From the human T2T-CHM13v2.0 reference genome, Homo sapiens: a stretch of 64,000 bases of DNA. A program made the position numbers and the translations under genes. Each line of letters opens with the position of its first letter. The first letter of the stretch is position 1. Of the stretch, positions 58,500-64,000 are shown in pieces. Below the pieces are notes generated by a model. It ran no database searches, had not been told where the DNA came from, and worked only from the letters and a program-made list of their open reading frames with translations. Location of the stretch: NCBI RefSeq assembly GCF_009914755.1, contig NC_060927.1. One strand, 5' to 3'.

Positions 58500-58690
58500 G
58501 TAGATACTATTCTCACTTTTGAAATTGAAGCTTTAAAGTAGTTAAGTAACTTGTCCAAGGCCTCAAAGATAATAGAAGCCAAACTCAACTGACAGAGACA
58601 AAAGCAGTTATTTCTAGGTAAGTTCGTAGACATGCCTGAGAGATCAGTCAGAACCTGAGTCCTCCAGTTCTGTGCCTTTGTTGACTCTCT
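58500..58690 (-). mobile_element. MIR
   Basis: tagatactattctcac...gaaattgaagct...gttaagtaacttgtccaaggcc. Confidence 0.5.
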
Positions 58691-59634
58691 GCTATTTGCA
58701 TAATGTTGAGAAAGCTTGGCCCACAAAAACCCTCATATTCAATCCCTCCACTTTTTTCCTCCCCAGGATTCCCAGCCTTCTCCTAAGGAAATTACACATG
58801 TCCCAAATGCCTGAATACATTACCTTATTCTTCCAATTAAAGTTCAGACAAAAGAACCTCTCAGCATGTTCTCAAGTATCCCACACTCCTAACAATGTCT
58901 GTTCTGTAACTGCAACACCATCTTGTCAAACTGCAACCAGAATCAATAAATGCTTGACCCAGGCCAAGTGCCAGGAGAAGTGGAGGCAGTTAACCACTAA
59001 TAACCCCATCACACATTCTTGTTATCAAATTCAGATAGATTTTTGCAGTACATGTTCTGCCCACTGGTAAATACAAGATATGTTATTTCCAGGTGGGCAT
59101 CAGAATTAACAAAAACTGTTGAAACTCATGGAAGCTGAAAATTAAGGACATGTCCTTTTACTTTCTTTAAACAGAACTCCACAGCAGTTAAAGCAAAGCT
59201 TTTGTGTGAGAACAAGTTGACTATGATGTGTTGTGCAGGATAACAATGAGCAATTTTTTTCAAAGATGATGCTGAAGCATTTTGCTTTCTATGCTTGCAA
59301 TAGACTTAGCATTGATTAACCCCGATTTGTGTGTGTGTGTGTTTGCATGTGTGTGCATAAGCACAGTACATGTGTAACATTGGTAGGAAAGAAAAAGTTT
59401 TCTCAAGTAAGGTGACCACAGCTTACTAACTGTAAATCTTCCTTGCCACAAAATAAATTGTTTTCCTTAGAGGAAGAAAAGATCCCCAAAACAGAAAAGT
59501 TCATAGCAATCCATAGCTCTGTGTCTCGACTGTCTTCTGAGAGGGTTTGGGCACTGAATAATCAGCAATGTTTTTGTTTTCAGGCCAATTGAAGTAGCTA
59601 CTGAAATCAATTAAAAATAATAGCTATACAAAAA

Positions 59635-59795
59635 TATTAGTGTATAATATACACTAACATATATGTAATTAAAACACACAAAATATATATAATATATTGT
59701 ATACATTATATATTTATTAAATATATATTTTATGTAATAAAATATGTCACATATAAACATATAATTCTTTTTTACAATATACATATATATTTCAA
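59635..59795. repeat. AT-rich low-complexity (TA)n-like tract
   Basis: Degenerate atatat runs. Confidence 0.7.
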
Positions 59796-60085
59796 ATTAA
59801 ATCCACAGCCTAGTTTCTTCTTACTTATCATAACCATTACCACCATTATCAACATTTAACATTTTCTGGTATCTGTAAGTACTTATTTTATAACACTCTC
59901 AATTGCTTAACACAATAAACTTCTAAGTTTCATTTACAGATATAGACATAATTTAACAGAGAGGTTAAATTTCCTGTCCATGGCTAACCAGTGATGGATC
60001 CAAGGCTAGAACCAGCAGCCTTCCTTCTTTAACTGAACATGTCATATACCGAGAAAGTTCCTCATTCCTTCTGATTTCTCCTTTT

Positions 60086-60431
60086 TTTAAAATTATACTT
60101 TAAGTTCTGGCGTACATGTGCAGAACGTGCAGGTTTGTTACATAGGTATACATGTGCCATGGTGGTTTGCTGCACCCATCAACCCATCATCTACATTAGG
60201 TGTTTCTCCTAATACTATCCCTCCGCTAGCCCCCCACCCCCTGACAGGCCCTGGTGTGTGATGTTCCCTCCCTGTGTCCGTGTGTTCTCATTGCTCAACT
60301 CCCAATTATGAGTGACAATGTGCAGTGTTTGGTTTTCTGTTCTTGTGTTAGTTTGCTGAGAATGATGGCTTCCAGCTTCATCCATGTCCCCGTAAAGGGC
60401 ATGAACTCGACCTTTTCCATGGCTGCATAGT
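60086..60431 (-). mobile_element. 5'-truncated L1PA7-like 3' end
   Basis: attatactttaagttctgg...cagaacgtgcaggtttgttacatagg; TSD atttct(c/g)ctttt at 60074-60085 and 60432-60443, followed by AA (EN site TTTT/AA). Confidence 0.9.
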
Positions 60432-61041
60432 ATTTCTGCTTTTAAGAGATTATTCTCTCTCTTCCTAGGCATTCTTAAGAAAAGGATGTATATTATGAAA
60501 AGGGGCACGAGATCATTTTCTCAAAGGAGCCCAAGAAGAATACAGAAATCAGAACAAGTCAAGTCAGATAGCAGGTACTGTGGGTGAGCAGATTAGCACC
60601 CTCTCCCAGTTCTTCTCAGACCACCTGAGTCTGCAGGGAACCTGGGTCTTCATGGAAATATCAAGGAAATGAGATATTTGTTAAAGGTCATGGCTGAATA
60701 ATTTTAGTTTAGTATAGAGAAGAGTAGTTGCAATTATGTAATGACAAAAAGAAGATGGAGAATGAAGTTACCAAGTTCAGAGGCACCAGGGCATCTCTGC
60801 AGGCTGGGGAGTAAGGCATTGACTAGGATCTTAGAGCAGACATATCACAGTTCCACCACTAGGACTGAATGGAAAAGCAACCACTGAAACTCTCAAACCT
60901 TTTAGGAAGGGACTCCAATTCTCTGGTTTTGGTCATGTGTGGAAGTGGAGTACAGTTTCTTGGTTGTTCCAAGGTAAAATAGATGGCAGGCAGCCAAAAA
61001 GTAACAAATAGCTACTGCAGCATGTTTTAAAATGTACTTTC

Positions 61042-61492
61042 AGATACCTGCTCATATATATTTATCACAGCACTATTCACAATAATAAAGATTTTGAATC
61101 AACCTAAGTGTCCATCAGCAGATGAATGCTTAAAGAAAATGTGGCATTTACACACAATGGAATACTATTCAGCCATAAAAAAGAATGAAATCACGTCTTT
61201 TGAAGCAACATAGATGGAACTGGAGGCCATTATCTTAAGAGAAACAACTCAGAAACTGAAAGCCAAATACTACATATTTACACAAATAATTTTAAGTGGA
61301 AGTGAAATAGTGTGTACACATGGACATAGAGTGTGGAAGAATAGACATTGGAGACTTTGAAGGGTGGGGGGGTGTTGAGGAATGACAAATTACTTAATGG
61401 GTACAATGTACATTATACAGCCCAGCTGTCACCACTACACAATACATCCATGTAATAAAACTGCATTTGTACACCTTAAATGTATACAATTT
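61042..61492 (+). mobile_element. L1MA-type 3' end
   Basis: cagcactattcacaata...aatcaacctaagtgtccatca...gaactggaggccattatcttaag...catgtaataaaactgcatttgtac. Confidence 0.8.
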
Positions 61493-61590
61493 CTAAGGTA
61501 CTTTCAAAGTATTTTAAAAGTTATTTTTTTATTTGATTCCAACAAGCAAACACACTCAAAGAACAGGCAGATATTGCTATTTCTACTTTT

Positions 61591-61900
<310 letters not shown>

Positions 61901-62032
61901 TTCTACTTTTAAGATAAGCAAACTAAGGATTAGGGATGCCAAGAGATATGCCTAAGGCTATGTGTGTAGAAGGTAGTAATATCTGCATCTTAAAGCCAAG
62001 TGCTCTGGCCTATGTCTTCGTTGACCCCTCTG

Positions 62033-62033
<1 letters not shown>

Positions 62034-62063
<30 letters not shown>
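62034..62063 (+). repeat. (CA)15 microsatellite
   Basis: Perfect dinucleotide run. Confidence 0.95.
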
Positions 62064-62066
<3 letters not shown>

Positions 62067-62069
62067 GTA

Positions 62070-62220
62070 TTAATGTTGGTTGCTCATGTCAGAGAAATAA
62101 AAATGGAATAAGGTCACACCCACATCAACTTGTACAAGTTTCTGGGGGAGGATCTATGCATTGCTATTTTTTAAAGTGTCCCAGGTAATTCTAAAGTGCA
62201 AGCAGAGTTGAGAACCACTT
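62070..62220. mobile_element. MER5-type hAT-Charlie DNA transposon relic
   Basis: tttttaaagtgtcccaggtaattctaaagtgcaagcagagttgagaaccact is a typical MER5 end. Confidence 0.7.
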
Positions 62221-63529
62221 TTCTAAAAAATCATCATCATCATCATCATTTGAATGTCGTGTAAAAAAGCAGTTATTGAAACTTGTAATAAAATGCTAAA
62301 GGTATGATTATACTTTCGCTGTGTTTTCTATTTGAACGCTGTTCTTTTCCAATATGAGCTTAGATTTATAGCTGCCAACTCTGCAAAAGATAACAATTTG
62401 AGAAGTTGAGGTTGCTAGGGGCAATCCAATTTACCAGGGAAACCAGCTGAGTGGAGGAGCAACATTGAGTGAGCAACACACAGCTAGACTGCTCTCTGTA
62501 GAAGGGCATGCTCTCTTTGTTTCTTTAGGCAGAAATTGGAATATTATTCCCTTACCACTGGTAAAAAAAGCATTTCACTCTTTGCTAGAAGACGCACTTA
62601 TGTAACCAAGACTTTTCTGTTTTCTGCCTTTGCCATGAAGACCAGTGTAGTCCCTACAGAGAGGTAGGAGCCAGAAATGAGAAGATCATTTTTTTTACTT
62701 CTCCCTGGAGACCCTTAATCCAGGAAGCATTCTTGTCCTTTTTAGCTATGAACCAGTGGTTTCCCTGTTAACATGCAAAATAGTTAAGGTGGAGAATTCA
62801 ATAACAGCATAGTTTACTTACAATCTTACTCTAAATGTGTATCACCTTTATATTTGTTATTTCAGTGTTGCTATTAGCTGTTTAATAATAAATGGTTATG
62901 ACTAAATGATTTAAAACAAATAAATCTGTAGATAATATAATGTGAATCTCACCTTCGAATACATGCTGTCATCACACACCTATGTTGTATGTAACAGAAA
63001 TTATAAATGGGTAGAAGAGAAATTAAACTTCCTTGAGTGATAAATTTGTGAATCAAAGCCAAGTAAAAGCAAACGGCAATTTTACAAACTAATATCCCGA
63101 AAATGAGTTTATGAGTTTATATCAGTGTGTCATCTATATAAATATCACAGTTCAAGGGGTTTAAATGTGATAATGTCTCATGATAACTCAAAAGGTGCCT
63201 TTTAGTTATTAACTTTTACTTTCTGGATGTGTGCTTGTCAAAGCTATTGCTCTAGCTCTGCGTACAGATAGACAGTAATACCTTACTCTATGGCCATGAC
63301 CAAATCTAAGTCAAATGTTTACAATTCAATCAATGTCTTCTTTTTAAACCTAATTCCTAGTTAATATTTGGGTATCAGTTTAGTAACATCTTTCATCTGT
63401 CTTCCCCATCCCTATTGTGACTTGCGAACTCCGTGTGCTCAAAACATCCCGTGCTAACCTTTCCGTAACAATCATCATATGACATAGAAATTTCCAGTCT
63501 AGACTGCAAGTTCTTGGGTGCAGGGATTA

Positions 63530-63945
63530 ATTTCATTCATTCATTTTCTCAAAACATATTATTAATATTAGCTACTATGTACCAGGCACTGTCCTAGGTC
63601 CTGAAGGTACAACCAAAACAAAAATCCTTGCCCCTAGGAAGTTTACATTTTTGGGAAAACAGGAGGATATGAAATGTGTGTGTGTTATGGTAGTGGTGGA
63701 GGCAAAGGTGACTTTGGAATTTTACATGGGATATCCTGGGAAGGCCTCTGTGGGAAGGTGACATTTGAGGAAAACCTGAAGGAGGTGAGAAAATAAATGA
63801 AATAAGATTCTGGAATAAGAAAGTTCAGGCAGGGGAAACAGAATAGGCTAAATCTAAGCCATGAGAAAAATGTATGTCTGGCATGTTCCAGGAACAGCCA
63901 GATGGCCAGCAATTTTGGAGTGGAGGGAGAGAGCAAGAGTAGATT
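63530..63945 (-). mobile_element. L2 3' fragment, apparently nested in an opposite-strand L2 end (about 63390-63530 and 63950-63995)
   Basis: ttcattcattcatt...ctactatgtaccaggcactgtcctagg...ggaaggtgacatttgag; the flanks read ctagactgcaagttctt...and ...tatttgttgaat. Confidence 0.65.
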
Positions 63946-64000
63946 ACGTTCATTGTGGTGCTGTGCTTAGGTACTAAGTAACTATTTGTTGAATTATTTT

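Noticed and set aside
58672-59070. 132-aa ORF
   Set aside because: Non-ATG start, overlaps a MIR edge, no recognisable homology.
62510-62566. Possible micro-exon (pyrimidine tract-AG ... G/GTAAAA)
   Set aside because: Only 32 nt, weak donor, no partner exons identifiable; cannot be supported without transcript data.

Overview
Human genomic DNA, identified by a near-consensus AluYb-lineage element with the 7-bp insertion and a hominoid-type L1PA2-like element. The window is AT-rich and I estimate by eye that about 60% derives from transposable elements. I find no supportable host protein-coding exon, RNA gene or CRISPR array: every long ORF is a decayed LINE-1 ORF1/ORF2 and the short ORFs are noise. 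Main contents, in order: an old minus-strand L1MA-type element split by a full-length but dead L1PA2-like insertion (1.36-7.4 kb); a 5'-truncated L1PA4/5 nested in an old L1M; a 5'-inverted (twin-primed) L1PA6/7 (28.4-32.9 kb); an ERV1 internal region plus LTR with a nested MER9 (HML-3) LTR; a TSD-flanked L1PA15/16-like element with an intact 5' end but lacking about 3 kb of its 3' half (45.0-48.6 kb); AluY and AluYb7/8 insertions; and many MIR, L2, MaLR and DNA-transposon relics. I see no evidence for a new biological system. The most notable observations are retrotransposition-mechanism oddities: the TSD-flanked 3'-deleted L1, an L1 whose 5' truncation point matches the homologous position of its host L1, a young and possibly polymorphic AluYb, and a perfect 16-bp hairpin in unique DNA. 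Subfamily names come from recalled consensus diagnostics and need RepeatMasker/Dfam confirmation.
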